A DNA stretch of 64,000 bases from an uncultured Candidatus Rokubacteria bacterium (GCA_963758635.1 CAVWWD010000006.1:96001-160000); one strand, 5' to 3'; positions 1-10,155 are shown, counted from the first letter of the stretch. Translations and numbers: made by a program. Notes: generated from the sequence alone by a model not told the origin.

Positions 1-1
1 C

Positions 2-682
2 GAGACGCTGACCGGAGCGCTGGCGCACCTCGACCCCGAGGGCAAGGACCCGGCCCTTCGCCGGATGGTGCTGATCGGGCACAGCCAGGGCGGCCTCCTG
101 GTCAAGATGCAGGCCATCAGCAGCGGCGATCGGATCTGGAACGCCATCGCGCGCAAGCCGCTCGCGGAGTTGCAGCTGTCCGACGCGAGCCGCGATCTCC
201 TGCAGCGGGGGCTGTTCGTCGAGCCCCTTCACGGGGTCTCCCGCGTGGTGTTCATCTGCACCCCGCACCGGGGGAGCTTCATCGCAGCACGCCAGGTCAT
301 CACCAACGTCATCCGATGGCTCGTGACGCTGCCGACCGCCCTCACCGGGATTCAGGCGGACCTCATCCGGAATGCGAATGCCGTGAGGGGGCCCGCGATA
401 GTTCCGTCGGCCGTCGACAACATGTCGCCGCGCAACAACTTCATCCAGGGCCTGCAGGAGATCCGCGTGGCGCCCTCCATCAAAGCTCACTCGATCATCG
501 CGGTGCAGGGGGACGGGCCCCTCGAGAAGCTCGATGATGGCGTCGTGGCGTACTCGAGCGCCCATATCGAGGAAGTCGAGTCCGAGCTCGTCGTGCGTCC
601 GTCGAGCCACTCCACCCAGGGCCATCCTCGGACCATCGAGGAGGTGCGCCGCATCCTGCGGCTACACGTGGGTGTGAGGTGA
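2..682 (+). CDS. alpha/beta hydrolase (lipase/esterase-like), 5' truncated by the window edge
   Basis: GHSQGG nucleophile elbow, TPHRGS, DDGVV and a C-terminal His; frame is open back to the window start. Confidence 0.8.
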   Translation, partial: ETLTGALAHLDPEGKDPALRRMVLIGHSQGGLLVKMQAISSGDRIWNAIARKPLAELQLSDASRDLLQRGLFVEPLHGVSRVVFICTPHRGSFIAARQVITNVIRWLVTLPTALTGIQADLIRNANAVRGPAIVPSAVDNMSPRNNFIQGLQEIRVAPSIKAHSIIAVQGDGPLEKLDDGVVAYSSAHIEEVESELVVRPSSHSTQGHPRTIEEVRRILRLHVGVR

Positions 683-846
683 CAGGGGCGGGCGACGCGT
701 GAACGCGCCGGCGAGGCGCGGCCTCGGGAGGTTTCAGGCCACGCCCAGAATCAGTGATCAGATCCGAGTACGTACGACCGAGCTAAGACCGGGGCGCGCT
801 ACGCCGAGCGGTGGGACGCGGCCGAGCGGGGTCGGCGAAGCACGTG

Positions 847-957
847 TCATCGTCGTCGGGGATGGACAACCCCGGCCATGGCAACTACGCCGCGGCCAAC
901 GCGTTCATGACGCGCTGGCCCCTCACCGGCGTCGCGCACGGCCTGCCCGCCCTCTGC
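847..957 (+). pseudogene. short degenerate relic of a type I PKS ketoreductase (KR) domain
   Basis: SSSSGMDNPGHGNYAAANAFM, then across frames DALA..RR..GLPAL, matches the KR motif SS..G..GNPGQ.NYAAANAFLDALA..RR..GLPA. Confidence 0.5.
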
Positions 958-2287
958 GCCGCGTCCGCGAGCCCGGACCGGAGCGCTCGGAGCCCGCCCC
1001 CGTCGCGCGCCCCTGAACCGGTCCGTCGAGGCCCATGGCGCGGCGGTAGGCGGCGCGGATCTCCTCGGGCTGGCCGGTCAGGAAGGGGAACTCGCGGCCG
1101 AGGGCGAGCCCGGGCGTGCGCTCGCGGCGCTTGTGCTCCTCGACGGCGGAGTAGCCGTTGACGAAGGCCTCGCGGCCGATGATGGGCAGCCGCACGCACG
1201 CGTTCGCCGCGGGGTCGCGGATCAGCGCCTTGGGCTCGCCGCCCCGCGCCACGTGCTCGGCCTCCGCGAGGAGCTTCCGGCGCATCATGATGATCCCCCG
1301 GTCGCTCTCGCCGAGATGCTCCTGCGTGCGGTCCGCGATCGCCCCCTGGCCCACCCACGCCGTGAAGTCCTGGTTCATCACGTGCGTGGTGATCCAGCGG
1401 CCGGTGCGCGGATCGGTGATGGGGCTGGTCCAGTACGGGATGCGCTCCTGCGTGAAGGGCTCCATCTCGTTGGGCACGCGGTCGAAGAACCAGCCCACGC
1501 TGAGCATGCGCTCGTCGTCGATCGGCACGCGCCACTCGAAGTGCCCGCCCGTGAAGAGACAGTTCGGCCAGAGGCACGTGCGTCCCACCGTCCACAGCTC
1601 GTCGCCCTCGGCCTGGCCCTCCAGCACGCGCCGGTAGACGAAGCCGTACTCGAACTCGTCGAAGCCCACGCGCAGGTGCCGCGGCGGCGGCGCCCCGCTC
1701 GTCTGCTTGAGGACGCGGGACCAGTTCGAGTGGAGCCACTCGAAGTGCACCGGGTCGATCGAGTTCTCCTGGCACTGGAGCCAGTTGCACGGGACCTCCG
1801 TGAACACGATCTGCACGAAGCCGTTGGTCCACGTGAACGGCTCCCACGTGGGCACGAGCGGCGCGGGCGTCGGCCCCATGTACGCCCACACCAGGCCGGC
1901 CTTGGCCTCGGCGGCGTAGGCCGTGATGCGCACGCGGTCCTTGAAGCGCGCCTCGGGATGCGCGGCCTCCTCGAACGGCTGCTCGCGGCACCGCCCGTCG
2001 CGATCCCAGAGCCAGCCGTGGTAGTGGCAGCGCAGCCCGCAGTCCTCGACCCAGCCGTAGGAGAGGTCCGCGCGTCGATGCGGGCAGTGCCGGTCCACGA
2101 GGCCGTACCGGCCCGACCGGTCGCGGTAGAGCACGAGGTCCTCGCCCATCAGGCGGACGGGCTTGACCGGATGGTCCTCCAGCTCGGCGACCGCGGCGAC
2201 CGGCATCCAGTAGCGCCGGAGCAGCTCGCCCATGGGCGTGCCGGCGCCCACCTGGGTGAGCGTCCGGTTCTGTTCGGGACTCAGCAC
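923..2287 (-). CDS. Rieske non-heme iron oxygenase alpha subunit (phthalate dioxygenase/LigX-like)
   Basis: CPHRR...CHYHGW Rieske motif; ENSIDPVHFEWLH mononuclear iron motif; the low-complexity tail may be read-through. Confidence 0.88.
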   Translation of the reverse strand: MLSPEQNRTLTQVGAGTPMGELLRRYWMPVAAVAELEDHPVKPVRLMGEDLVLYRDRSGRYGLVDRHCPHRRADLSYGWVEDCGLRCHYHGWLWDRDGRCREQPFEEAAHPEARFKDRVRITAYAAEAKAGLVWAYMGPTPAPLVPTWEPFTWTNGFVQIVFTEVPCNWLQCQENSIDPVHFEWLHSNWSRVLKQTSGAPPPRHLRVGFDEFEYGFVYRRVLEGQAEGDELWTVGRTCLWPNCLFTGGHFEWRVPIDDERMLSVGWFFDRVPNEMEPFTQERIPYWTSPITDPRTGRWITTHVMNQDFTAWVGQGAIADRTQEHLGESDRGIIMMRRKLLAEAEHVARGGEPKALIRDPAANACVRLPIIGREAFVNGYSAVEEHKRRERTPGLALGREFPFLTGQPEEIRAAYRRAMGLDGPVQGRATGAGSERSGPGSRTRRRGRAGRARRR

Positions 2288-2439
2288 TGGCCTGGCCTTC
2301 CGCGGGCGATCTTACCCCACATCGGCGCTGTCACACGGCGCCGCCGCGAGGTCTCCTGCCTCGTCGCCGATCTGGAGCCCGGCGCCGCCGCGGGGTAGCA
2401 TGGTCGCCGTATCGCACGACGCATCGAGGAGGCGACGGC

Positions 2440-3403
2440 ATGGCGGTGATCCTGGGGACGGGCGCGTACCGCTACGAGGTGGTGGACGACTGGGCGAAGC
2501 TGCCGCCGGGCCGCGAGTTCAACGCCGACGTGGCCGCGGTGGGCGTCGACCGGCAGGACCGCGTGTACGCGTTCAACCGCGGCCAGCATCCGGTGGCCGT
2601 GTTCGACCGCGACGGCAACTTCCTCCGCTCGTGGGGCGAGGGCGTGTTCCATCGCGCTCACGGCATCCACATGGCGCCCGACGACACCGCGTGGCTGACC
2701 GACGACGGCGACCACACCGTGCGGCACTGCACCCTCGACGGCAAGGTGCTCCTCACGATCGGCATCCCGGGCAAGCCGGCGCCGTACATGAGCGGCCAGC
2801 CCTTCCACCGCTGCACGCACACCGCGCTCTCGCCCCAGGGCGACCTCTACGTCTCCGACGGGTACGGCAACTCGCGGGTCCACAAGTACTCGCCCGACGG
2901 GAAGCTGCTCTTCTCCTGGGGGGAGCCCGGGCACCGACCCCGGGCAGTTCAACATCGCCCACAACATCTGCTGCGACGCCGACGGCCGCGTGTACGTCGC
3001 CGACCGCGAGAACCACCGCGTGCAGGTCTTCGACGGCAACGGGCGGTTCGAGGGCCAGTGGAGCAACATGCACCGGCCGTCCGGCCTCTTCCTCGAGCCC
3101 GGCGCGCCGGGCCGGTTCTACGTGGGCGAGATCGGCGGCGGGATGGGCGTGAACTACGACATGCCCAACATCGGCCCGCGGGTCAGCATCTACAGCCACG
3201 CCGGCGAGATGCTGGCGCGGCTGGGCGCCCGTCCCGCCGGCCTCGAGCCCGGGCAGTTCATGTCGCCCCACGGGCTCGCGGTGGACTCGCGCGGCGACAT
3301 CTACGTGGGCGAGGTCTCGTTCACGAACTGGAAGAACCGCTACCGGGACACCCCGCAGCCGCCGGGACTGCGCAGCCTGCAGAAGCTGGTCAGGATCGCC
3401 TGA
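2440..3403 (+). CDS. NHL-repeat beta-propeller (peptidyl-alpha-hydroxyglycine lyase-like); apparent +1 frameshift near 2930
   Basis: NHL repeats (YVSDGYGNSRVHKYS, YVADRENHRVQVFD, PHGLAVDSRGDIYVGE) are split between ORF 2440 and ORF 2990 at a G run. Confidence 0.8.
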
Positions 3404-3435
3404 CCGGGCCGAACGAGAAAGGAGGAGACCGACGC

Positions 3436-3837
3436 ATGCCCCGACGGAACATCCAGCCCGAATCGCTCGCCAAGCGCGTGGTCGGCGGCCGCGTGCTCTA
3501 CTCCCACGTGGTCGTGGTGGAGGGCCGCCGCACCATCTTCGTGTCCGGCCAGCTCGCCCGTGACCGCGAGGGCAACGTGGTGGGCGCGGGCGACATGCGC
3601 GCGCAGATGCGCCAGGTCGGCGAGAACGTCAAGGCCGCGCTGGAGGCGGCGGGCGCCTCGCTCGCCGATATCGTCAAGTCGAACACCTACGTGACCGACA
3701 TCGAGGAGTTCTTCAAGCACGTCGACGTGCGCATGGAGTACTTCGGCGCGCTGCCCACCAGCACCACCGTCGAGGTTCGCCGCCTCGCCCATCCCGACCT
3801 CCTGGTCGAGGTCGAGGTCATCGCCGTCGTCGATTGA
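3436..3837 (+). CDS. RidA/YjgF family protein
   Basis: YSH..., FVSGQ, LVEVEVIAV; GGAGG SD upstream of ATG 3436. Confidence 0.85.
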   Translation: MPRRNIQPESLAKRVVGGRVLYSHVVVVEGRRTIFVSGQLARDREGNVVGAGDMRAQMRQVGENVKAALEAAGASLADIVKSNTYVTDIEEFFKHVDVRMEYFGALPTSTTVEVRRLAHPDLLVEVEVIAVVD

Positions 3838-3844
3838 CCCGGCC

Positions 3845-5020
3845 ATGAGCGATCCGGTCGGCGCGTTCGTCCCCGGCACCGCGGTCCGCATCAAGGGGAA
3901 GGCCGGGGGCCCGCTCGCCGGCCTCACCTTCGCCGCCAAGGACCTCTTCGACGTGGCGGGCCACGTCACGGGCGGCGGCAATCCCGACTGGCCCCGCGAC
4001 CGCCCCGTGCCCGAGCGGCACGCGTGGGCGGTGGCGCGGCTCCTCGACGCCGGCGCCACGCTGATCGGCAAGACCATCACCGACGAGGTGTCGCTCGGGA
4101 TCCTCGGCGAGAACCCGTTCCACGGCACGCCGGAAAACCCGCGCGCGCCGGGCCGCGTGCCCGGCGGATCGTCGTCCGGCTCGGCCTCCGCGGTGGCCGC
4201 CGGCCTCTGCGACACCGCGCTCGGCACCGACACCGGCGGCTCGGTGCGGGTGCCCGCGAGCTTCTGCGGCCTCTTCGGGATCCGGCCCACGCACGGCCGC
4301 CTGCCGCTGGACGGGATGCTCCCGCAGGCGCCGCGCTCGGACACCACGGGCTGGTTCGCGCGCGACGCCGAGACGTTCGCCCGCGTGTCGAGCGCGATGC
4401 TCGGCGAGGCCATCGCCGCCGCCCGGCCCGCGCGTCTCGTGGTGGCGACCGATGCGTTCGGGTTCGCCGACCCCGGTGTCACCGCCGCGCTGCGCCCCAT
4501 GGTGGAGCGACTCGGGAAGCTCGCCGGAGACGTCCGCGAGGACGTCATCGCGCCGCCCGGGCTGTCGGTGTGGGCGCGCGCCCAGCGCACGCTCCAGCCC
4601 TGGGAGGCCTGGCAGACGTTCCGCGAGTGGCTCGATCGCGTGAACCCGCGCGTCGCCTTCGGTGTGGCGCGCGGTCTCGTGATGGGCTCGATGATCCCGG
4701 AGAGCGAGCGCGCGTGGGCAGAGCTGATGCGTCAGGAAGCGCGGGCGCGCATGGCGCATCTCCTACGCGCGGGGACCGTCCTCTGCATGCCCACCACACC
4801 GTGCCCGGCGCCACTCCGCGGCCAGGCGATCTCGGCGCTCGCGCCGGTGCGGGATCGCATCCTCTGCCTCTGCGCCCACGGCGGGCTCACCGGCGTGCCC
4901 CAGGTGAGCCTGCCCGGCGCCACCGTCGACGGCCTGCCCGTGGGGCTGTCGATCGTGGGCGGCGCGGGCACGGATGCGCTGCTCGTCGGGATCGCCCTGG
5001 CGATGGCGGACGCGCGATGA
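3845..5020 (+). CDS. amidase (amidase-signature family)
   Basis: KDLFDV, PGGSSSGSA, GTDTGGSVRVPA catalytic motifs. Confidence 0.92.
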   Translation: MSDPVGAFVPGTAVRIKGKAGGPLAGLTFAAKDLFDVAGHVTGGGNPDWPRDRPVPERHAWAVARLLDAGATLIGKTITDEVSLGILGENPFHGTPENPRAPGRVPGGSSSGSASAVAAGLCDTALGTDTGGSVRVPASFCGLFGIRPTHGRLPLDGMLPQAPRSDTTGWFARDAETFARVSSAMLGEAIAAARPARLVVATDAFGFADPGVTAALRPMVERLGKLAGDVREDVIAPPGLSVWARAQRTLQPWEAWQTFREWLDRVNPRVAFGVARGLVMGSMIPESERAWAELMRQEARARMAHLLRAGTVLCMPTTPCPAPLRGQAISALAPVRDRILCLCAHGGLTGVPQVSLPGATVDGLPVGLSIVGGAGTDALLVGIALAMADAR

Positions 5021-5054
5021 CCAGCCGACGTGCGAAGGCAATGGGAGAGGCGCG

Positions 5055-5459
5055 ATGACCGATCTGACCCCGAACATCCCCGAGGTCGTGGCCGAGGTAC
5101 GCGCGCTGTTCGAGCGCTACGAGCAGGCTCTCGTGGACAAGGACGTGGCCGTGCTCGACCGCACCTTCTGGCAGAGCCCGCACACAATCCGCTACGCCTT
5201 CAACGAGCACGGCTACGGCTTCGACCAGATCCACGCCCATCGCGTGCGCCGCCCGCCCGGGCCCGGTACCAAGGAATCGCGCCGCCGTCTCGAGATCCTC
5301 ACGCTCGGCCGAGACGTCGCCACCGTGAACCTGGAGTTCAAGGTGCGCGGCCAGGACCGGATCGGCCGCCAGAGCCAGACCTGGGTGCGCTTTCCCGACG
5401 TGGGCTGGAAGGTGATCAGCGCCCACGTCTCCGCGATCGACGCGTCAGCCCTGAGCTGA
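5055..5459 (+). CDS. hpxZ: AtzH-like / oxalurate catabolism protein HpxZ (SnoaL-like fold)
   Basis: FERYEQAL..D...LD..FW.S..TIRY; GRQSQTWVRF...GWKVISAHVS. Confidence 0.8.
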   Translation: MTDLTPNIPEVVAEVRALFERYEQALVDKDVAVLDRTFWQSPHTIRYAFNEHGYGFDQIHAHRVRRPPGPGTKESRRRLEILTLGRDVATVNLEFKVRGQDRIGRQSQTWVRFPDVGWKVISAHVSAIDASALS

Positions 5460-5488
5460 TCGGTTCGGGCGCCGGACGTCTCCACGCC

Positions 5489-5517
5489 TTGACACGCCCG
5501 GCGGCGGTCGGCAATGT
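5489..5517 (+). promoter_or_regulatory. putative sigma70 promoter, probably leaderless transcript
   Basis: TTGACA-N17-CAATGT ending 7 nt before ATG 5525. Confidence 0.5.
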
Positions 5518-5524
5518 GTGGGCC

Positions 5525-5773
5525 ATGAGGACGAAGCCCGCGACGCGACCGGTCAGGATCACGGGTTGGACGAAGCCCAGCACGATCGCCCGCGTGCTCG
5601 GCGTCCCGGCCGCGGAACAGCGAGCGATCCACGCCGCCGTCGAGGCGTTCATCCGAGAGTACGGGCTCAAGCGCATGTACGGTGTCAAGACAAGCTCGGC
5701 CAAGGCTCGGCGCGGCCGTGCCACCGCGCGAAAGAGCAAGGCGCCCGCCAAGCGCCGCACGCGCAAATCCTGA
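5525..5773 (+). CDS. small basic hypothetical protein (82 aa)
   Basis: ATG directly after the promoter; Lys/Arg-rich C-terminal tail. Confidence 0.55.
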   Translation: MRTKPATRPVRITGWTKPSTIARVLGVPAAEQRAIHAAVEAFIREYGLKRMYGVKTSSAKARRGRATARKSKAPAKRRTRKS

Positions 5774-5777
5774 TCCC

Positions 5778-6368
5778 CTGATCCGTCTTCAGGTCTTCCT
5801 CAACGTCCCGTACGACCGCCCATACGAGCCCCTGTTCCTGGCGGCGATCGCCGGCACCTGCGGCCAAGGGCTCGAGCCCCGCACGGCGCTCGAGCTCCCA
5901 GCCCAGCAGGGCCGACTCGACCGCATCCTCCAGCTGATCCGCCGGTGCCGGTACTCGATCCACGACCTGAGCAGCGTCCGGCTGGTCAAGGGCGTCCCCC
6001 GGTTCAACATGCCGTTCGAGCTCGGCCTCGCCGTCGCGACCCGGTCCGCGGCACGCCACGATTGGTGGATCCTCGAGGCGCGCCGGTATCGGCTTCAGCG
6101 CTCCTTGAGCGATCTCGCGGGCTTCGATCCTCAGATCCACAATGGACGGCCGCTCCGGATGCTCCAGATCATCGATGACATGTTCTCGCGTCCGGGGAAG
6201 CGCGCGGTCCCGCTCGTCGCGGTGCTGGACCTGCTTGAGAGGCAAGCCCCCGCCGTCCGACGGCGGTACGGCAGCCTGTACACGAAGGGGGGATTCCGCA
6301 GCCTCGTGTTCACCGCGACGACCTTCTGCGACCAGCTCAGGAAGAGCCCGGTCGAGCCCGAGGGATAG
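5778..6368 (+). CDS. conserved hypothetical protein, TIR/nucleoside-deoxyribosyltransferase-like fold (start uncertain)
   Basis: VFLNVPYD, PRTALE, YSIHDLS, PRFNMPFELG and SDLAGFD motifs. Confidence 0.6.
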   Translation: MIRLQVFLNVPYDRPYEPLFLAAIAGTCGQGLEPRTALELPAQQGRLDRILQLIRRCRYSIHDLSSVRLVKGVPRFNMPFELGLAVATRSAARHDWWILEARRYRLQRSLSDLAGFDPQIHNGRPLRMLQIIDDMFSRPGKRAVPLVAVLDLLERQAPAVRRRYGSLYTKGGFRSLVFTATTFCDQLRKSPVEPEG

Positions 6369-6374
6369 GCGGCC

Positions 6375-9215
6375 TCACCCCGCGCCGCGGAGCGCGCGCC
6401 ACACGCGCTCGGGGGTCAGCGGCAGCTCGGTGAGGCGCACGCCGGCCAGGCGCGCGAGCGCGTTGGCCACGGCGGGGCTCACGGGAATCAGGCTGCCCTC
6501 GCCCGCGCCCTTGGCCCCGAACGGGCCGGCGCCGTCGCCGTTCTCCACGAAGCGGCATGACATGCGCGGCGGGACGTCGCCGGCGCGCGGCACGCGGTAG
6601 TCGGCGAGGTTGCCGTTCAGGAGCTGTCCGCCCTCGTAGACCATCTCCTCGTAGAGCGTGTGGCCGATACCCTGCATCACCGCGCCCTCGTCCTGGCCCT
6701 CGCACAGGAGCGGGTTGATGCGCCGGCCCACGTCGGCCACCGAGACGTAGTGCTCCACGGTCACCGCGCCCGTCTCGCGGTCCAGGCTCACCTCCGCCGC
6801 GCCCACCGCCATCTCCCAGAACGGCGTGCTCCCGCCGAGCGGCGCGCCGGTGCGGCCGGGGGCGACGATCCCGCGCCCGATCAGCTCGCCGCCGGCCATG
6901 CCGAAGCGATCGCGGAAGAGGTCCGGATACCCGGCGCGCGCGGTCCCGTCGGCCGTGACCACGTGGCCGTCCTCCAGCCGGAGGGCGGCCGCCGCCGCGC
7001 CGAGCCGCGCCGCGCCCAGCCGGAGGAGCTGCTGGCCGACCTCCTCCGCGGCCTCCATCACCGCGCGGCCCGTCATCGTCGTGGAGCGGCTCGACGTGGT
7101 GCTCTGGTCGTACGGCGTGATCGCGGTGTCCGGCGCGGCCACGTGCACGCGGGCGAGCGGCACCGCGAGCACCTCGGCGGCGATCTGCGCCATCACCGTG
7201 CGCGCGCCCTGGCCCATCTCCACCGTGCTCGCGAGGACGGTGACGCTGCCGTCGGCGAAGAGCCGCACGATGGCCTCGGACACCGACGGGGCGATCGAGG
7301 CCTTCATCATCATGGCCACGCCGCGCCCGCGGTCGGCGGCGGCGGCCTGCGTCCAGGCGATGGCGCGGGCGGCGCGCGACAGGCTCTCCTCGAACTTGCC
7401 GTCGATGGGCGTCTCACCCGGGGCGAACTCCTCGCCGTGGGCGAGCAGGTTCTGGCGCCTGAGCTCCACCGGGTCGTGGTCGAGCCGCCGCGCCGCCTCG
7501 TCCACGAGCGACTCCACCGCCCACGCGAGCTGGGGCACGCCGAAGCCGCGGAAGGCGCCGCCCGGCGTCGTGTTCGTGTACACCGCGTTGCCGTGCAGCA
7601 GCACGTGCGGCACCCGGTACGGCCCGGTGACGGTGTACGTGCCCTTCTGGACCACGCGGGGGCCGATGTCGGCGTAGGCGCCCACGTCGAAGTCGGCGAG
7701 GCAGCTCGCCGCCACCATCGAGCCGTCGCGGCGGAAGCCCAGGCGCACGGTCACGCGCGCGTCGCAGCGGCGGACGGTGCGGAACGCGTCGTCCGCGGAC
7801 ACGGCGAGGCGCACCGGCCGCGCGGTGATTCGCGCCGCCGCGCTCACCAGCGGCTCCAGCTTGGCGTAGGCCTTGCCGCCGAAGCCGCCGCCGATGAGCG
7901 GCACGACGATGCGGATCCGGCTCTGGGGCACGTCGAACATCTTCGCCAGCTCGACCCGCACCGAGTACGGGTTCTGCGTGCCCGCCCACACGGTGAGGCC
8001 GCCCTCGTCGTCCCAGGCGGCGATGGCGCAGTGGGGCTCCATCGAGTAGTGCTGCACGCGAGGGAAGCGGTACGTGCCCTCCACGATCACGGCGGCCTCG
8101 TCGAAGCCGGCGGCCCCGCGCCCGCGCTCCCAGTCGAACTGGTGGCAGACGTTCGAGCCCGGGATCGGGCGCAGGCTCGACAGGTCGGCGAAGTGGCCGG
8201 CCAGCGGCGTGCCGGTGTGGACGAGCGGCGCGCCCGGGGCGAGCGCCTCCTCGAGGCCGGTCACGGCGGCGAGCGGCTCCCACTCCACGTCGATGGCCTC
8301 GCGCGCGGCCTCCGCGAGCTCGAGCGTGTCGGCGACGACCGCGGCCACGGGCTCGCCCTCGTAGCGCGCGACGTCCACGGCCAGGATCGGACGGTCGCGG
8401 AACGCGGGGCCGTAGTAGGGATCGCAGAACCCGAGGTCTGCTGCGGTGATGACGGCGCGGACGCCGGGGAGCGCGCGGGCCGCCGCCGAGTCGACGCGCA
8501 CGATGCGCGCGTGGGCGTGGGGCGAGCGGAGCACGGCCATGTGGAGCATGCCGGGCAGCACGAGGTCGCTCACGTAGCGCGCGCGTCCCGTGACCTTGTC
8601 CACGCCGTCGAGCCGGGGCACGGACCGGCCCACGACGCGGAGCGGCTCCACCGAGGCGGGCTCGACCTCATCCTCCGGCGGTGAAGGCCGGCCCCCGCTG
8701 TCGCCGGTTCGGCCATCGCCGGCCCCTTGCGCCCCGCCGGTCCCGCAGGCGAGGACGGCCTCGAGGATCTTCTTGTAGCCCGTGCACCGGCAGAGGCTGC
8801 CGCGCAGCCAGTGCGCCACGCGCTCGCCGGTCGGCGCGGGGTCCTCGTCGAGCAGCGCCTTGGCGCTCAGCAGCATCCCCGCGGTGCAGAACCCGCACTG
8901 GAGCCCGCCGTGATCGATCAGCGCGGACTGGAGCGGATGGAGCGCGCCGGGCGATCCGAGCCCTTCCACGGTGAGGATCTCCCGGCCCGCCGCCTCCACG
9001 GCGAGGTACGTGCACGCGCTCACGGGGTCGCCGTCCACCAGCACGGTGCACGCGCCGCACACCTGGAGGTCGCAGGAGCGCTTGGCGCCCTTGAGGTCGA
9101 GCTGGTCGCGCAGCACGTCCAGCAGCAGCGCGTGCGCGGGCGCCGCAAGCTCCACCGGGCGCCCGTTGACGGTGCAGGCGGTGGTCGCGGCCCCTGGCGC
9201 GTCCCGCTCGCTCAC
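6375..9215 (-). CDS. xanthine dehydrogenase-family molybdoenzyme, [2Fe-2S] domain fused to the Mo-binding subunit
   Basis: CDLQVCGAC / QCGFC / LCRCTGY Fe-S motifs; GGGFGGK, AFRGFG, GAKGAGE. Confidence 0.9.
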   Translation of the reverse strand: MSERDAPGAATTACTVNGRPVELAAPAHALLLDVLRDQLDLKGAKRSCDLQVCGACTVLVDGDPVSACTYLAVEAAGREILTVEGLGSPGALHPLQSALIDHGGLQCGFCTAGMLLSAKALLDEDPAPTGERVAHWLRGSLCRCTGYKKILEAVLACGTGGAQGAGDGRTGDSGGRPSPPEDEVEPASVEPLRVVGRSVPRLDGVDKVTGRARYVSDLVLPGMLHMAVLRSPHAHARIVRVDSAAARALPGVRAVITAADLGFCDPYYGPAFRDRPILAVDVARYEGEPVAAVVADTLELAEAAREAIDVEWEPLAAVTGLEEALAPGAPLVHTGTPLAGHFADLSSLRPIPGSNVCHQFDWERGRGAAGFDEAAVIVEGTYRFPRVQHYSMEPHCAIAAWDDEGGLTVWAGTQNPYSVRVELAKMFDVPQSRIRIVVPLIGGGFGGKAYAKLEPLVSAAARITARPVRLAVSADDAFRTVRRCDARVTVRLGFRRDGSMVAASCLADFDVGAYADIGPRVVQKGTYTVTGPYRVPHVLLHGNAVYTNTTPGGAFRGFGVPQLAWAVESLVDEAARRLDHDPVELRRQNLLAHGEEFAPGETPIDGKFEESLSRAARAIAWTQAAAADRGRGVAMMMKASIAPSVSEAIVRLFADGSVTVLASTVEMGQGARTVMAQIAAEVLAVPLARVHVAAPDTAITPYDQSTTSSRSTTMTGRAVMEAAEEVGQQLLRLGAARLGAAAAALRLEDGHVVTADGTARAGYPDLFRDRFGMAGGELIGRGIVAPGRTGAPLGGSTPFWEMAVGAAEVSLDRETGAVTVEHYVSVADVGRRINPLLCEGQDEGAVMQGIGHTLYEEMVYEGGQLLNGNLADYRVPRAGDVPPRMSCRFVENGDGAGPFGAKGAGEGSLIPVSPAVANALARLAGVRLTELPLTPERVWRALRGAG

Positions 9216-9243
9216 GAGTGGCCTCCGCTCACGGCCGACCCCG

Positions 9244-10155
9244 TCAGACGACGACCGCGTGAGGGTAGTGGACGCGTGGGCCCTGGCCCTGCGCGCGCGC
9301 GGCGGCCAGCGCGAGGGCGCGCCCGACGAACACCCGCGTCATCGCGCGCTTGTACTCGGCCGACCCGTGGAGGTCGTCGACCGGCCGCACCGGCTCGGCG
9401 GCGAGCGCGCCGAGGTCGGCGGCGCGACGCTCGACCTCGCCGGCGGTCAGGCCGCGGATCGCCGACTCGACGGCGCCGAGGCGCTCCGGCCGCGGGCCCA
9501 CGCAGCCCACCGCCACCCGCGCGTCCTGGATGCGGCCGGCGGCGTCGGGCACGAGCGCCACGCCGACGCCCAGGGTGGGCCGCTCGTGCACGCCGAACTT
9601 CAGGTACGCGCCGGTCGCCCCGGACGGCCAGGGACGCAGGCGCACCGTGGTCAGGATCTCGTCGTCGCCGCGCGCCGTCTCGTAGGGCCCCACCACGAAG
9701 TCGGCGAGCGGCAGCTCGCGGATCGCCGCGCCAGCCTGGAGCCGGACGCGCGCGTCGAAGAGCAGGAACAGCGTGGCGAGGTCGCTGTGCGGATCGGCGA
9801 AGGCCAGGTTGCCGCCCACCGTGCCCACGCTGCGCACGCGGACGTTCGCCACGTGCCGGGCCACGTCCGCCACGAGCGGGCACGCCGCGCGGACCGCCGC
9901 CGACCGCTCGACGTCGCGATGACGGGTGACGGCGCCGATCGCGAGCTCGCCGTCCTCGGCGACGATGGCGGCAAGGTTGGGAATGCGCTTCACGTCGATG
10001 AGCCGCCGCGGCCGCGCGAGGCCCGCCTTCATCAGCAGGAGCAGCTCGGTGCCGCCCGCGTACGGCACCGCCTCGCCGGCGTGCTCGGTGAGGAGACGGC
10101 TCGCCTCCTCGACGCTCGCGGGCCGGTGCAGGACGAACGGGGGCAGCCCGCTCAC
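9244..10155 (-). CDS. FAD-binding subunit of Mo-hydroxylase (CoxM/XdhB-like)
   Basis: AGGTEL, TVGGN, DLHGSAEYK; GTG start overlaps the upstream stop. Confidence 0.88.
   Translation of the reverse strand: MSGLPPFVLHRPASVEEASRLLTEHAGEAVPYAGGTELLLLMKAGLARPRRLIDVKRIPNLAAIVAEDGELAIGAVTRHRDVERSAAVRAACPLVADVARHVANVRVRSVGTVGGNLAFADPHSDLATLFLLFDARVRLQAGAAIRELPLADFVVGPYETARGDDEILTTVRLRPWPSGATGAYLKFGVHERPTLGVGVALVPDAAGRIQDARVAVGCVGPRPERLGAVESAIRGLTAGEVERRAADLGALAAEPVRPVDDLHGSAEYKRAMTRVFVGRALALAAARAQGQGPRVHYPHAVVV

Noticed and set aside
2440..3837. NHL-RidA fusion protein (465-aa ORF)
   Set aside because: Artefact of the frameshift near 2930; RidA has its own SD and ATG at 3436
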